A DNA stretch of 64,000 nt, taken from Raillietiella orientalis. Lineage: Eukaryota. The stretch spans positions 1,178,001 to 1,242,000 of the forward strand of contig JAYWIR010000024.1 in the NCBI GenBank assembly GCA_036172245.1. Direction: 5' to 3'. The notes beneath the pieces were generated by a model, which ran no database searches, was not told the DNA's origin, and worked only from the letters and a program-made list of their open reading frames with translations. Below are positions 13,100 to 25,858 of this stretch, piece after piece (positions within the stretch are counted from its first letter, which is position 1; each line of letters begins with the position of its first letter). A program made the translations under genes and the position numbers.

Positions 13100-15400
13100 T
13101 GGATGGCAGGAGTAAAACCGGGAAGCCATCCTCATCGAAGCCACTGCCCGTGATGGGAGGTGGAGATCGGCAGAGGCGTTGTGGAGGACAGTCGAAGCTG
13201 GAGGGGAGCCAGAAGAGACAAGAAAGGAAACTCCCCCCCACTCCCTCGAAGGAGGGCTGAGCACTCTACCGGAGCGTGACAGTGGCCGAGGAGCTTCCTC
13301 GTCGAGGAAGACGCTGAACGGCAACGGGAACGGGGGAACAGGGACTCCGAAGGAGCTCGGGAAGACGCTTCTCATGTGCCTCTTCTCGGGCTGCAACTGA
13401 CCCCTTAGCGCCGGGTAAGGGAGGAAGCCGCGTTTCTCCGTGACCAGGTCACCACCCAGAAATCCAGATTCCACCTGACAAAGGGGATCTCGAAAAATCG
13501 AACAAAAGGGGGATTCTTCGGCAAGGCGACGCGGCGGACAGCAGATGAATAGGCAACGAGAGGGGCTTTGCTGAGGACTCTGTCTTCGGACTCGATTTAT
13601 TGCCTCTCCTTTCTCAAGTTCCTCCAGGTCCTCCATCCACCCCGCGTCGAACTGAGCGGCGTGAGGTGCGGAAGGGCTCGGAGGAAAAAAAGAAGGGCTT
13701 GCGGAAAAGAAGGGAAGGCGAGCGTTTCCGCGCGCGCGAGCACCCCCTCCTGCCGGGCATGCACCTCACCAGTCGCCGTTCTAGGGGACCCAGACCCGCT
13801 CCAGTAAATCGGCATTTCTCCTCCTCTTCACCCCGGATCTTTCTCACCTTCCCCATCATGGGAGGCGAAACTCGGAAATTCGTCCGGCCGGCTCGCGCGC
13901 TCTCCCCTCTTGGCAGTCCCAGCCGGCTGCGTTCCGTCCCTCCTTCCCCGCGCCGGCAGGCCGCTTGAGGGGGCGCACCGCTTCCGACACGACCCACACA
14001 CAAGCGCGACTGCGCCGGAGAAGCACTCGGCTGCCTTCCAGGGAGCGAAAGTCAGCCGATCGCCTACTTTATCTTGGTTTATTTTTGCACCCTTATTTGA
14101 CGAAGGACCACCTTCATCCAGGTCAGAGTTATCGCCATCCGTCTGGCTCCGGTTTCCTCCTGTTCTGAAGCTGACGGTGCGCCATGTCTCATCGAAGGGC
14201 ATGCCGGGCTGCAGACCCTTCGTCACGGGCGTGACTTTGGCTGCCTCCTCTTTCCCGGCTGTCTCCTCTTTGGCGAAGAGCTGGCGCACGTCAGATGCCG
14301 GGAACTCATTCCACCAGGAGAGGGTGCGGCAGCCCTGTGAGTCCAGTTGCTGCCCGCGCTCCGCTGTGCCGACGGTAATCCGCTCGGCGGAATCCCGGCG
14401 TCGCACGGGGACCCAAGGGGCGCGCATCCTTCCGATGTTTCCACCACCGGTCCACGCGTTCCGCTCTCGGTCGCCCAGCGGATGCCCCGGAGGCGCTGAG
14501 CGTCGGTCGATTCGTTGCGCTGTCTCGCGCTCCCTTTTGGAGCTTCTAGTTCCTGCAAGACACGTCCCGTCCCAGGTGGATCCCAGGGCAGAGGCGACCC
14601 GGCTAAAATAGCGCCAACGGACGCTCGGCTTCCTCGAGGGTTCCGGCATTGGCAAGCGGCGTTCCTCCTCCTCCTCTTTGCCCGGGGTCTCACCTTCGCC
14701 ATCCCGAGGGGAGAGGAATCCAGGAATTCTTCCGGACGGCTCGTGCACTCCCTCTCTTGGCAATTCTGGTTCGTTTTCTATCTCCTCCTAGCTCTTACGC
14801 AGTTGACCGTTGAGTCCTCCCGAATTGGAGCTACGAACGAAGGTGGAAGAAGTCACAGCACCCGCGGATGAAGATCGGCACTCACTCGCGTGTCAGTCAA
14901 TATCAGTCGAAGGGAAACCCAACGATCCCGTAAAGGACGTTGAGAGGACCCGAGCACTAGAAAGACTCCTTGGAAACGACTGCAACGCAATGAGCGAGCC
15001 TTCGGGAGGGGGAGAAACGAACCCGGAGCCACGGCCCAGAGATGCGATTTGGACCGAGCATAGGAGAAAGAACGTTGCCCCCGCTCCTCGCGCAACCCGG
15101 ACCAAGGAAGCATGAAGAGAGCTCTCTCGTACCAAGGGAAGGTCGTGTGCCCCTTGAGGCATCCTTCTGCACGCGCTTCCTGTTCCGCGAGGTCCAGGAG
15201 CGCGACTGAGCACCTGCGCAGAGCAGTGCCCTCCAGGCACGGCAGGCAAGTGGCATGGAGCAGTCCACCAGCCACGTCCTCAACTCAGGCAGACCGGGCA
15301 TTCCGGAACAACGACGCAAGGCAACTGAAGAGGTGTCTGAATGGACCGAGTAGGGTGGCTGACTGCTACACATCCACGGATCACCCGAGGGCATGCCGAC
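13100..15400 (-). mobile_element. Heavily decayed L1/Tx1-like ORF2 (endonuclease, linker, RT N-terminal half)
   Basis: Motif remnants in the expected order on the minus strand: EN-like LAHCVAV (cf. SDH.AV), linker WWNEF, RCMPGRR..PSLLFRKPF (cf. K.PG.DGLP.EFY), LTPL..RGGWRTWR and DRVLSKA (cf. ITL..KKGD..NWRP / DYKILSK), SVFLDEE (cf. LD.EKAFD). Multiple frameshifts. Confidence 0.45.
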
Positions 15401-15649
15401 TTCACCTGTTCATGGCCGGCGGTTTCTCTGCGGACGGCCGACTTCATTGGGTCCAGCAGTGCGGGAGCGCACCCGAAAAGCTCCCCACGCTGCAGTGAAG
15501 AGGAAGCCGACCGATAAGACAGGGAAATTCAGCAGACCCGGAAGCGAGGCGTCAGAAGCACCTGGACAGGAAGAAGCGAATTCACCCCCGGTGTGGGTGG
15601 GATGGACCTCCGAGGAAGGAGAACCCCGAAAATGGGAGTCGCCATCGGG

Positions 15650-16060
15650 ATGCTGTGGCGAAGGAGCGCACGGGGCAGATCACCTCCGGTTTCCACGGTA
15701 ATCCGGCCGTGCGAGGCGGGCACGGCTTTCCCTCGTCGAAAAGCACTCGGATCGAGAACAGACCATGCCCCGCGCATGGCGCGTGGCCTACCCCACGGCG
15801 GTGCAGTGCAAGACATACCCCGGTCACCAATTTGTCGCAGCCACCGCGGCCTTCCGACCCCTTTCGTCTGCCCGGACGAGGAGTATTCGCATTTCCGCAC
15901 TTTGTGCGTGTGAGAAGGCGACCCTCTCCTCCCTTTGGACCGCGCGCCCCCCCTCCCCACCGGTTCTTCTTCATCCCCGCCTCCCGGATATGGCCGGCTC
16001 GTTTCGAGCGAGGCGCGCGAACCGCGCGGTCCTCTTGGAACCTGCACTGAGTCGCGTCCG
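15650..16060 (+). mobile_element. R1/LOA-like endonuclease fragment, inverted homolog of 17400-17590
   Basis: 15831-16021 aligns by eye to the reverse complement of 17400-17590 (shared PSDPFRLPGR...RFFFIPASRIWP frame). LPTPF...SHFRTL resembles the EN motif PTF...S.ID.T. Confidence 0.45.
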
Positions 16061-16339
16061 CCGGGTGCGGCAGGCAAGTGGTGGCACTCGGCAGCCGCGC
16101 CCTCATCCGCCGCGTCCGGAACGAGCGAGAGACCCTCGAGAGGCATGGCGAGCCGGAAGTTCGGATCACGAGGGCAAAGAAAGAAAAGCTGGAGCTCGGC
16201 GAGGGACTGACAGCGTCCATCAGGACGTCCATCTTGCTCTTGAGATCTCCATGGTCATGGGACCCGGAAACGACCAAGAGCCAAGAGAATGGCAAATCTC
16301 TAAGCGATCGGAGCACATCAGAAGGCAGGGAACGAATGG

Positions 16340-17000
16340 TGTGTCCCACTAGCACAGACCACTCCAAGCAAACCCGCTGGAGGCACAGACTGAGCCTCCG
16401 ACCGGGATGAAGAAGGACATGGTGTGATTTCAGCGTCGAGTGGAGGATGGGACGAAGAAGTCAGCCAGACGGTGAAGATGATGGGCGATTCGCTGGTCAT
16501 ATCCCCTATCCGTTATACCCCCTGGCACGTCTTTCGTGAAGCACAAGGGTGAATGAATCTTTCGGAAGCTTCCTTGAACTCTGCTGGCGGACTGTCGATC
16601 TTCAAAATCAGGTGGAACGGACACCACCTCTGCAACAATAGGATTCTCAGGAACAGACACTACCCACCCCAGTATAATTTTCTGAGCACCCCTTCTCCTT
16701 CGATGGAACTCCCACTCTATTCGTCGTCAGGTATCTCTAGATGCTGGCGGGGCAAGCAGCCATCAGTTCCGGGTTCGGAAGAGCAAACCCTGCGGAGGTT
16801 CCTGTCGAAGATCCGTTGCAGGCGAGGATGCTCACAGGTAGGAGGAAGGCATCAAGAGGACGATTCCCATATGGACCGCCAATTTTCCTGGAACTGGCCT
16901 AGACGGGGTGAGGTGAGCGAGGCGAGCTTGTCCAAGAAGACGGTGAGATCCTCGCGCTCTCCGAGCCAAAGTTCTCCTCCTCCGTCTTGTCCTTCTCCTC
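16340..17000 (-). mobile_element. Decayed L1/Tx1-like ORF1 (RRM-like plus zinc knuckle)
   Basis: PIVAEVVSVPPDFEDRQ (cf. V.V..VP.E..D) followed by FFVPSS...GGSVCASSG (cf. IPS...GQ..C..CG). Lies upstream of and co-oriented with the ORF2 remnant at 13100-15400. Confidence 0.5.
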
Positions 17001-17289
17001 CCCCCCCCCTTCGTCCTCCCCCCTGCGCGCGATATAGCAGCGGAAGTCGGTCCCGGTCGACGGTAGGCATCTCAAAGCGCGAAGGGGTTTTGTCTCATCC
17101 GCTGCAGCAGCATCCTAGAAAGAGCAGCAGCGCATTCCACCTCTCCTTTTTCTCTTTTTCTTCTTTTCTTTTCTTTTTCTTTTTCTTTCTTTTTTTTTTT
17201 TGTACGAAGGTTCCGAATACCCGTTGGTGTTCATTTGTTGGGCCCGTCATCCGTCCAAAGAGCTGCCGCAGACAAAAACTGCGTGGCCG

Positions 17290-18960
17290 GTGACGAAGAG
17301 GAATGCAGAGCACGTTCCCCGAGGAGGGCGGGGGGGGGGGAGGAAGTGAAAGTCCTTACCATCCGTGGTTCCTCGTTTCGCAAGTTCGCGCCTTCGTTCT
17401 TCGCGCGCCTCGCTCGAGACGAGACGGCCATATCCGGGACGCGGGGATGAAGAAGAACCGGTAGAGAGGGGAGGCGCGCGGTCGGAAGGGAGAAGAGGAC
17501 CGCTGCCTCGCGCGCACAAAGGGCGGTGGTGCGGATCCTCTCCTACCGGGCAGACGAAAGGGGTCGGAAGGTTTCGGTGAATGCGACAAAAACTCTACCG
17601 CGAAATCTCTCTCGAACCCAGGAGAGACACCGCACGAGGGCCGACGGCATGCCCATCGCGGTGGAGAAAGGGAGATAGCGCGCGGAGGAAGGCCGTGCAC
17701 CTCGACGGCCTCCTGCGGGTTAAGCGGCAGGAAAGGGGGGGTACCTGGGGAAAGAGGCTGCTCGGATAGGAGCAAGGTAGAACGCTGAGCGTCTCCTTCC
17801 CGGAAAGCAACAGATGCAGCGACAACGGCTGTGGGTTTAAACATCGATCTGACGCACCCCCGGATCTCTTTCAGTCTCAGCAGTTGGCAACGTTTCCAGC
17901 CTCCTGCTGCCTCCTTGCCACTTCCTCCATCCCCCTGGAATCCAAGCAAGTAAACTCTTGTTCCGGCTTGGTGCACGCAGAGGTTGCCTTCGGGAGGATT
18001 CCGTACGGTTCGGACCATTTGGCCACCCGAGCTTGCTGGAGGTTGCTCGTCCCTAGCCAGGACACCTCCCCCCAACACACTGCCCCCCGGCTATGTGTCG
18101 CATGCTGGTGCAGATCGCCACCTCCCCCGTGCTTTCCGCCCGTGTCCCCCCGAGAACCACGCCTCCCTTCGGGCTCCTGGGTATTCCATCAGGAGTCCTG
18201 CCACCTTCCAGTCTTCCAGCTGAGGTGATCCAAATCACCGTGGGAAACGCCTTGAGGGGCCTGAAAGGCAGAGCGGGGGAGGGAGGTCCGCCTCGCGACT
18301 GTCCGCGCGGGAACCTGCGCCAACTTGCGGCGATGCACGGAAACAAGCAGACAAGCCGAAGCAAGATACTGGACGAGCCGGGAAACGGCACTCGAGGGCG
18401 CGGAAGCCTTCGGGCGATCGGATCGAGTCGAGAAGGGTTCCGAGGCTCTGAGGGCGGATCCCGTCCAAGAGGACTGCGTGTAACCGCGTCGTCGACGCCT
18501 CCTGCAAGTATGCCGGGAGCCCTTATACGACGGAAAGACCTCCGAGGTCGGCAGCGTGCGGTATTCAGCGCTCTCTCCGGGCGCCGGCTTGTGAGCGGCG
18601 TGAGATCTCCAGGTGGACGCTGGAAAGCGGCGATGCCTAAGACCACGAGAGCAAGGAGAGACAGCTTTCCTGCGGAACGAAAAGGGGGAGGCAGTCTCCT
18701 GCGTTCTTCGCCACGATCCCCGAGTTCACGCGCAGGAAGGCAAACGATGAGTCCCGAAGGGATGCGATGGGCTCGGAGTAGCACCAAGTCCGGGCGGAGC
18801 CTTGAATCGCCCTCCGCTGCCACGAGTTCCGAAGAGCAGTTGGACCCTTTGCTCCTTACTCCTTCAACCGACTCAGGGTCCGCAAGCTGGAGGTCAGGAG
18901 TCGAGGCCTCCCGTATGCTTTCACGCTGTTGTTCCACAGTAGATGGCCGTAGCGATCCAG
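17290..18960 (-). mobile_element. Decayed R1/LOA-like LINE: gag-like ORF1 followed by the start of the endonuclease
   Basis: ORF 18053..19039 has gag-like motifs (RAPGILAGGVDDAVT, ARRLPRP, SILLRL). Downstream SNLQQARVA..SEPY matches the R1-type EN start NLQHSRAA...QEPY. Confidence 0.5.
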
Positions 18961-19266
18961 AGGTGAATTTCATTGTGAAGAAGCTGAAATCACGAAAACT
19001 GACAATCCAATGATAATGGTGACGCAGTGGCTTATTCAAAGGATCGTGAACTGCAGCACTGTTACTAAAAGGGGGCTACAAACAAATGAAGGAGGGGAGC
19101 TTCCGTCTTCCCGCCTGCTTCCCCTTTCCCATCCTTAATGCAAAGAAACCGTGGCACACTGAAAGCGCCGCCTCTTGTTCGATAGGCGAAGTTAAGCAGC
19201 GTTGGGCCCGGTTAGTACTTGGAAAGGAGACCACCTGGGCACCCTGGAAGTTGTGAACGTCTCTTT

Positions 19267-19440
19267 GCTCGCGATGGCGGCCGTGTAGCTGCTGCTTCCT
19301 CGCGTGGCACCGAGCGTCGCGGGTTCAAATCCCCACGTGGAGGATCGATGCCGAGAACGGGGAGTGCGTCCTGGGTTTCGAGTTCCTCTTGAAGGATGAC
19401 GCTCCGCTGGCCTGTAGGCTTCGGGTGCGGCACTGGTTGA
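19267..19440 (+). mobile_element. tRNA-derived SINE, copy 1
   Basis: A-box-like TGGCGGCCGTG and B box GGTTCAAATCC (19322-19332). Body homologous to 50844-51020 (GTGGCACCGA, GGGTTTCGA, TGGCCTGTAGGCnTCGGGTGCGnCACTGGT). Confidence 0.7.
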
Positions 19441-21270
19441 CACCCAGTCACGCCGGGGCGTTTATTTATAAAAAAAATAAACATATACGTCTGTGGCAGG
19501 ACGTTTGATCCTGCCACGGTACTTACATCTACAAGGAGCTTGCCAAGAACTGGCACGCAGGCCAGTGGGGTTCTCCACGGCAACACAGTGGAAGGGGAGA
19601 CAAACAAAAACAAAAAAACAAAAAAATTCATGGGGGTTCGGGAAGGGATCACTGTGTACTGGAGGGCGTCCTCTGCATCCTTGTAGGATGCCGCAAGTTC
19701 CTGTTTCAAGACTCCCAGATGGTGCCATCTTGACGCTGTTCTCGTGAAAAGGGCAGCAAAATAAATGGCATCGTTCTGACCTCCTCTGGCGTTTGTTCCA
19801 TGCAGCTACGGTCCCGTAGGCAGCGCAGTGCTGCTAGGGATGTGGCTGGCATGAGGGTGCCGCTCAGGAAGAGGCGCTTTAAAACGTCTCTGGCGTTGCT
19901 GCCAGAAGTTCTAAGGGGATGAAGGGCAGCCCAGTACAACAGAGGTACGGGAGGGATTTCAGCTCCCTGCGCTTGGCACAGTTCGGCTCCATCCTCCCTC
20001 CCGTGTCCAGTGATGCTGGCGGGCGTTGCGCGGGAGGTCCCAGTGCATCCGCATCAACGCCGACTCCTTGTCACTTTAAGGGAAGGGTGCGGGTGTTCAT
20101 GAGCACCGGGGACCGCTGCAGGTCTCCCTCTGGAATTCCCAGTAGCACGTCTCAGCGCAAAAGTCCATGGGGTCGAGCTCTCGGAGTCTCAGCGCCAGTG
20201 AGCTGTCCCGTCGTCCACTCGCCCAGTCCTCTCCTCCTTCCGGAGATTTTCATAGCAACCTCCGTAAGGCTGCTGCCCATATGTTCCCTAAGGGGGCGCA
20301 GCGTGGTGGCCAGGGAGGTGTTCTGCTTGACCATGCACTCTTCACCAGATCTTCCAGGATCTCCAGGAGCGCGCAGTTGTTGTTGCGTGCGTACATGAAA
20401 CAGCACACCTCTTCCACGCATGACTTTGGATCCTCGTCCACGTACGAACGGTTTACTGCAACCAGGCACTACCGTTCGTGGGAGACACGAGATCCATCCG
20501 TTTTTCCTGGCCAGCGTGGCCACCTGCCGAAGGTGTGGAACTGGTGGAAGCTGGAAACCGGATGTCCCCGTTGACTGGACTCTGGGATTGGAAGTGGACC
20601 CTCTGGGGTGCTTCCAGGAATCAAGGAGCCTTTCAGGGTTCCCCTACAGTTGCAGAGATGGAGCCATTACCGTGGAACCGGTTGATATCCCCTCAGACAT
20701 TTGCCTTTTCAGAGTACAAGAAGCGCGCTGCTCCCTTCGAGGAGCACCCTTCGGAGGAACTCGGAAGCGTCCCTTTGGGTTCTCTTCAGAGGAGTAAAAC
20801 AATGAGCGGTTCTCTTGAGGATGTCCTCCGGAGAAGAAATTCCAGGAGGGGATCCTTTCTGGGTTCCCTTCGGAGAAGAAACGAGGAGTGGTCTTCTGCA
20901 GGGTTCCCACCGGAGAAAATAAGGGTGAGGGTTCTTTCAGGGTTTCCCTTCCAAGCGTAAGAGGAACGGACTCCTTCCTTCCGGAGCCTTCTTGGATTCT
21001 CAGGGCGTCCCTAAGGGATCACCCCCTAGCTTGAAGAGCTGCACGCCCCCTCAGGTGGCGTGAACAGTGCTAAAGAAGAGCCTCGTGGGTTCTCCCTACG
21101 GAGACCAACGGTTCTTGAGCACGTGGGGAGCCTTCCTGGATTCACAGGGTGGTTCCTCCCTAACCTGAAGAGTGACACGCACCCTCGGGTGGCGTGGACA
21201 TTGTTAAAGAGTTTCATGAACCTCCCCCCTAAGGAGGCGAGCGGTTCTCTGAGTACTTAGCAAACCAAAA
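19441..21270 (-). mobile_element. Internally deleted L1/Tx1-like element (5' end and ORF1 N-terminus joined to ORF2 C-terminus, no recognisable EN/RT)
   Basis: ~21270-20545 is homologous to the ORF1/5' region at 46870-47460 and 43085-43490 (FFSEGNPERI.SW). ~20540-19660 encodes TLARKNG, LHWDLPRNARQHHWT, EPNCAKRRELKSLPYL and RWHHL..QELA. AATAAA plus terminal hairpin at 19466-19441. Confidence 0.7.
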
Positions 21271-24200
21271 AGAAAAAAAAAAAAGGAAAGAAAGAAACCA
21301 GCTTCCGTTTTCTCCGAGTCCACTTCAGGATGACCAAGTAGCCGTGTCTTTCGGAGAAGTTACGAGAAGCAGAGATTCAGAACGTGAGTTCTGGATGGCC
21401 CTGCCCATCCATCCATCCATCCAGCTTTGACATCACGTGGGCAGCAGCACTTCCTTGCGGGCACTGCCCTCGCAAGCAGCAGATTTAGGGTGAACAACAA
21501 GTACGACGAAGAAACCCTCAGGTGAGCCTCAGTGCACTGAAAAGCAGAGGGATGTGCGATGATGCGTGACAGAAGACATGGCTTTTCAGTGACTGGGTGT
21601 TTCTTGATGAGGTCTATACCGATCAAGCGTGAACTCTTCGACTGCGATTTCTGGAGCAAGGAAGACGTCGAAGAGGTGATACAGACATGGCCACGAGAGT
21701 GCTTTCTTTGTGCTCCGGGCAGTCCCCACCAGCATGCCCTACGCAGTGCTTTTCGGCCCGATCATTTTTTTATTTCGCCCAAGAACACGGTAGATGATGT
21801 TGAATCGGAGAGAAAGGAGAGGTCATGTACTCGAAGAATACGAAGCGGAAACACCAAGTAATCTCGATTGTAGGAGAACTCCCAGAGGGGTACGAGGGCA
21901 TCGTAGGGCGTTCTCTGCTCGCTCAAGTCTCAGAGCTTCAATCTGCCGCTTGCGGGGAACCAGAAGACGACTCTCAGCTGCTGCTTGCGAACCAGAGGCG
22001 GCATACCAGAAAGGAAGCAGATTTTCCGGGAATGCGGAGACGAACTCGCGCATTTTCTTCCCACAGGCTGAATCATAGCCACGGGTCCACTCGCAGAAGC
22101 TCCATGACCAAGCTGCTGAAGATGCAGAGCAAGAACTGGAATCTCACTGCCTCGCTTTTTTTGTCCCCGGCGTGGGCTCGTACTCGCCTGTGTGGAGTGC
22201 GATCGATCAGAAGATTTCCAAGGTTCATTATTTGAAAGCATCATCTGCAGGAGGTTCCGCTGCAGCTCCACATCGAGCAGGAAGCAGTGCATCGTCGTGA
22301 CCAGTCTCCAGATAGCTCCTGTCAGTCATTTGTCTTGAGACGGTTATCAGCGTCAAAGGCCAAGGAGTGCCGCTTCATCATCGGCGCGCCGTCGTACCGT
22401 TCCGAAGCGGTGAGGAGCGGCGAGAGGTCTTCAAGGACTCCGGAGAGCACGCAGGCAGGAAGTGAGGGGCGGACGGATGGATGCATCCCGGGGGCTGGCC
22501 GGAGAAAGGCAAATTTTCAGGTCGTGGGCCTGTCTGCAGGGGAAGGAAGGGCGACTCCGACATGCAGGGCCTCACGGACGCGGCGCTGCAGGCGAGCCTT
22601 CCGCCTCAGAGGCGGAGGCAGCTGTCGGCCCCATGGAGTCACCTACCGATCGGGGGGTACCGGACCGCTGTCGCGACTGCTGAGCGGAGGGAGGGAACTT
22701 TGGTGCTAAGAGCCCTGCAGCTGCAGCAGTATGGGGAATGCAGGGACGACCTCCGGGATGACTACCCCTGGCGTCATGGGCAACAGCAGCTTTGCTCCTC
22801 CGATATAACAAGCAAGAATCAAGCAAGGAAAATCAAGCAAGAATCGGCAACGCAGGTAGCAGGATGGCCAGTGACCCTGGGAGACGACAAACAGCATCGG
22901 ATTTGTTGGTCTGCTGTTCTCATGCCTCCTTGATCCACATCTGCCTCTTCTTGCCGCTGTGGACGGGAGCTCGTTGCATTCCTACCGCACCTGCATCGAT
23001 CGGTTTCCAATCCACAAGAGAACGGTGGCCACATATGTGTCCGAGATATGGATCAAGAAAGATCGTTACCCCGCAATCTGATAAGCAAGTCTTCTACAAG
23101 TATCAAGTATTACCTGTACGGATTATGGTACAGTTCTCGAAGAAGGAAGTTCCTGGAAGTGTGATGAGGATGCCCCGAAAGCGCTTACGTCACACAGACC
23201 GGAAAGAAATTCCTCCTAAAATGCATGCGAGCACTTTCCGACTGCCGGTGGTTATACGATCGGACCTGCTGTTCAAAGAGAAACAGACTGGAACAAATTG
23301 AAAGGAATGTTTGGGAGACGACCAGTTCTGCAGAGAGATGCAAGCATCCTAGATTCATGAATCTGGGCTAGTCTTCCTTCTCTGTGCCTTTTGGTTTTTG
23401 CCTTAGCTTCATGACTCGAGCTGCCATCGACTACAACCATCTCTTGGATGGCTGTATAATCTGTTCTTTACGTATGTACCTCTCTCATCGACCTGCTTGA
23501 GAGTCATCGCTTCAGTTCTCGAAACACGTTACTAGGTGTTGTTCCCGGATCCTACGCTCTTGAAGATTCAGTCCGAGCAAAGCATGCCTATTTCCATGTC
23601 GCCAGCATTCGTTGTGCCACTCTTCTTCACCTTATTTATTTAGCCACCCAGCGAGCAGGTGGCTCATCCTTCCTTGAACTCCCAGAGACCCGTAAGAATG
23701 CTTTCCTTCTCTGCATGTTTGTTTTCTCGAGAAGTAAACGCCCCAGCACGGCCTGATGAGGAACCATCCGTTGTTTCCTGCCTCCCAAGCCACTATCCCC
23801 CGGACGGGGAGGGCATAGCGGGAAAATCCCTCGCTTTCCCAACTCCAGCTTTCGTCTTATCCCGGCTTCCTTTAGAAACCATTTGTGCGTGATCGTATTC
23901 TTCGGGTGCTGTTGCTGCGAAAGACCACCTCCTTCACTGGGGCGATGGGAGCTTTTTCCAACCCATTACTATTTTGTATCAAGAAGACTCGTTCAAGGAT
24001 TAGAAATTAGATCTTCGACAACTACTTTTTAAAAATAACGATAATGGCAGCAATAATAACGATTTTCATGAGAGCACGCTTTCGCATCAACTGCCAACAG
24101 ATCAAAGGCAAGATTTCCTTTCAGTTCCACCGAGATTTTATTCCAGACCAAGGACTTCGAAATTTAAGGCTGTTTCTCCTTACAGGGACATCTCTGAAAA

Positions 24201-25818
24201 GTGAAGCCCTTCTTTCCACTATGAAAGGCTCCATCTCGAGATGGGAATCTCTCTGCGGTTATGAACATTGAAAATTTTCTCTCTGCGCTTTCAGGATGCT
24301 CTCGCACCGGGGAGCTCATCTTCCTGCTTCATCGAACCCTGGAACCCGACTGCCGCTTACTTTCAGAACCGTCTTCTCTTGAGAACCCTCACCTCTCGCG
24401 CAGATGGTTCCAAGTACTTTGCGCCAACTGCGTGCTGATTTTGGGTCCACTACTCCTTCGGTTTCCCCTAACAACTTTATGACGTGTATCGCGGGAGGGG
24501 ATGCGTCCGTCGCGCACCACCTGCCGGCGGCAAGGCAACGGACGAATTCTTCCTGAAATTTCTCCCGTCCGCCTCCCCCCTTCCCCCTCCCCCAAATCCG
24601 ATGCTCCTTTCGGGCGCTCCCGGAGAGAGATCCTGGCCAGACTCGTTAGAAAACTCTTCGATTTCCTCCGGGAGTCCTCCAAAGTCACCTTCCCTCTCAG
24701 CTCCCTACTGAAGCGAGAAGCCTCACTGAAGTCCTCCGCTTCAGCGAGGCTCTCTTGAGGCGCTGCTCCGAACGCAAGAACAGAGACGATCAGAGAACTG
24801 AGGGTGGAGTGAGGCATCCGGCTGTCGGGAAACATGCAAAAGACGGAGAGGGTGGAGAGCGTTGGATGATTTTTGAAGAGGAGGGAGGATCTGAAATGAG
24901 TTTGGATGACGCCAGTGATGAGCCAAATGAACCAGGGGAGAGAACTGGTGAAACAATGAGATGGAAAGAATGGAAGGCAGAGCGAAGCGATGAGTCATTA
25001 CAGAGGCACAGGTGATTAGGAAAAGAAGCACTATAAATCAAAACGGGACCACCTGAACGTCAGTAGGTACTTGGTGGATGAAAGGGATCGTAGAATGTTA
25101 AAACAATGATCTAAAGAGTTCTAGATTACAAGAATGACCGTCATACCCCCCGAGGCCCCTCGGTTTAGCAATCATTCCATTCAAATGGAAAGTCACCTGA
25201 GCTGATGTGCAATCCCAAAATAACGCCTGAGATTGCGAGGAAACCAAGATGAAATTACGGAACGAGTGCCGTGGTTATCGCAGGTGCAAGAGATCTAGAG
25301 CAGCTGAGGGCACCCAGCCCTGTGGGATGGAGATCCATTGGAGCAAACGTGGTTAAGGCGACCGGAAAAAACTAATCAAGGGATAGATCCAGGAGATACG
25401 CCTTTAAAAATTCGCCGCAACCTCGCTCGCGGGAAAGCGTGTCGAGCTGACTGCGCGTGCTACGAACGGTGCCGACCACTCGACCATCTTTGGCGCACCA
25501 CGCAATATGGCAATTCCCCACCTCACCCGGAAGCTTCGCGCGTCAAGAAAGGAATCAAAAGATGCTGCGTGGACGCAAACGAATGCGTGCATTCCCATCA
25601 GGCGAACACTTGCGAATAAATACACATCCGCGTACATATGTATATGGATCTGTTTGCACCTATCCTAGAATTTCGTGCTTACGGTGGTCACTGGTTTCGC
25701 TCTTCACAGACACGATCCGTACAAGAACGACACATATCTTCGGAGCGTTCTGTTGCAGAAGTCTTCGTTCGCGCTCCCATTCTTCTTCAGGAGGTCCATT
25801 CTGAGTGCTTCTGAGTGT

Positions 25819-25858
25819 CTTCGCCCCGACACACCTCGGAATGTGTGTCGGGGTGAGG
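25819..25858. repeat. 16-bp GC-rich hairpin (two G-T pairs), 8-nt loop
   Basis: CTTCGCCCCGACACAC-ctcggaat-GTGTGTCGGGGTGAGG. Confidence 0.75.

Noticed and set aside
21258..21290. Displaced SINE tail marking the far side of an insertion into the SINE
   Set aside because: A similar AACCAA/A-rich stretch occurs at the 5' end of the 47 kb copy, so it more likely belongs to the LINE 5' region. No TSD was found.
21480..22300. NACHT/NTPase-like pseudogene
   Set aside because: The fragments look protein-like but have no Walker A/B or other diagnostic motif.
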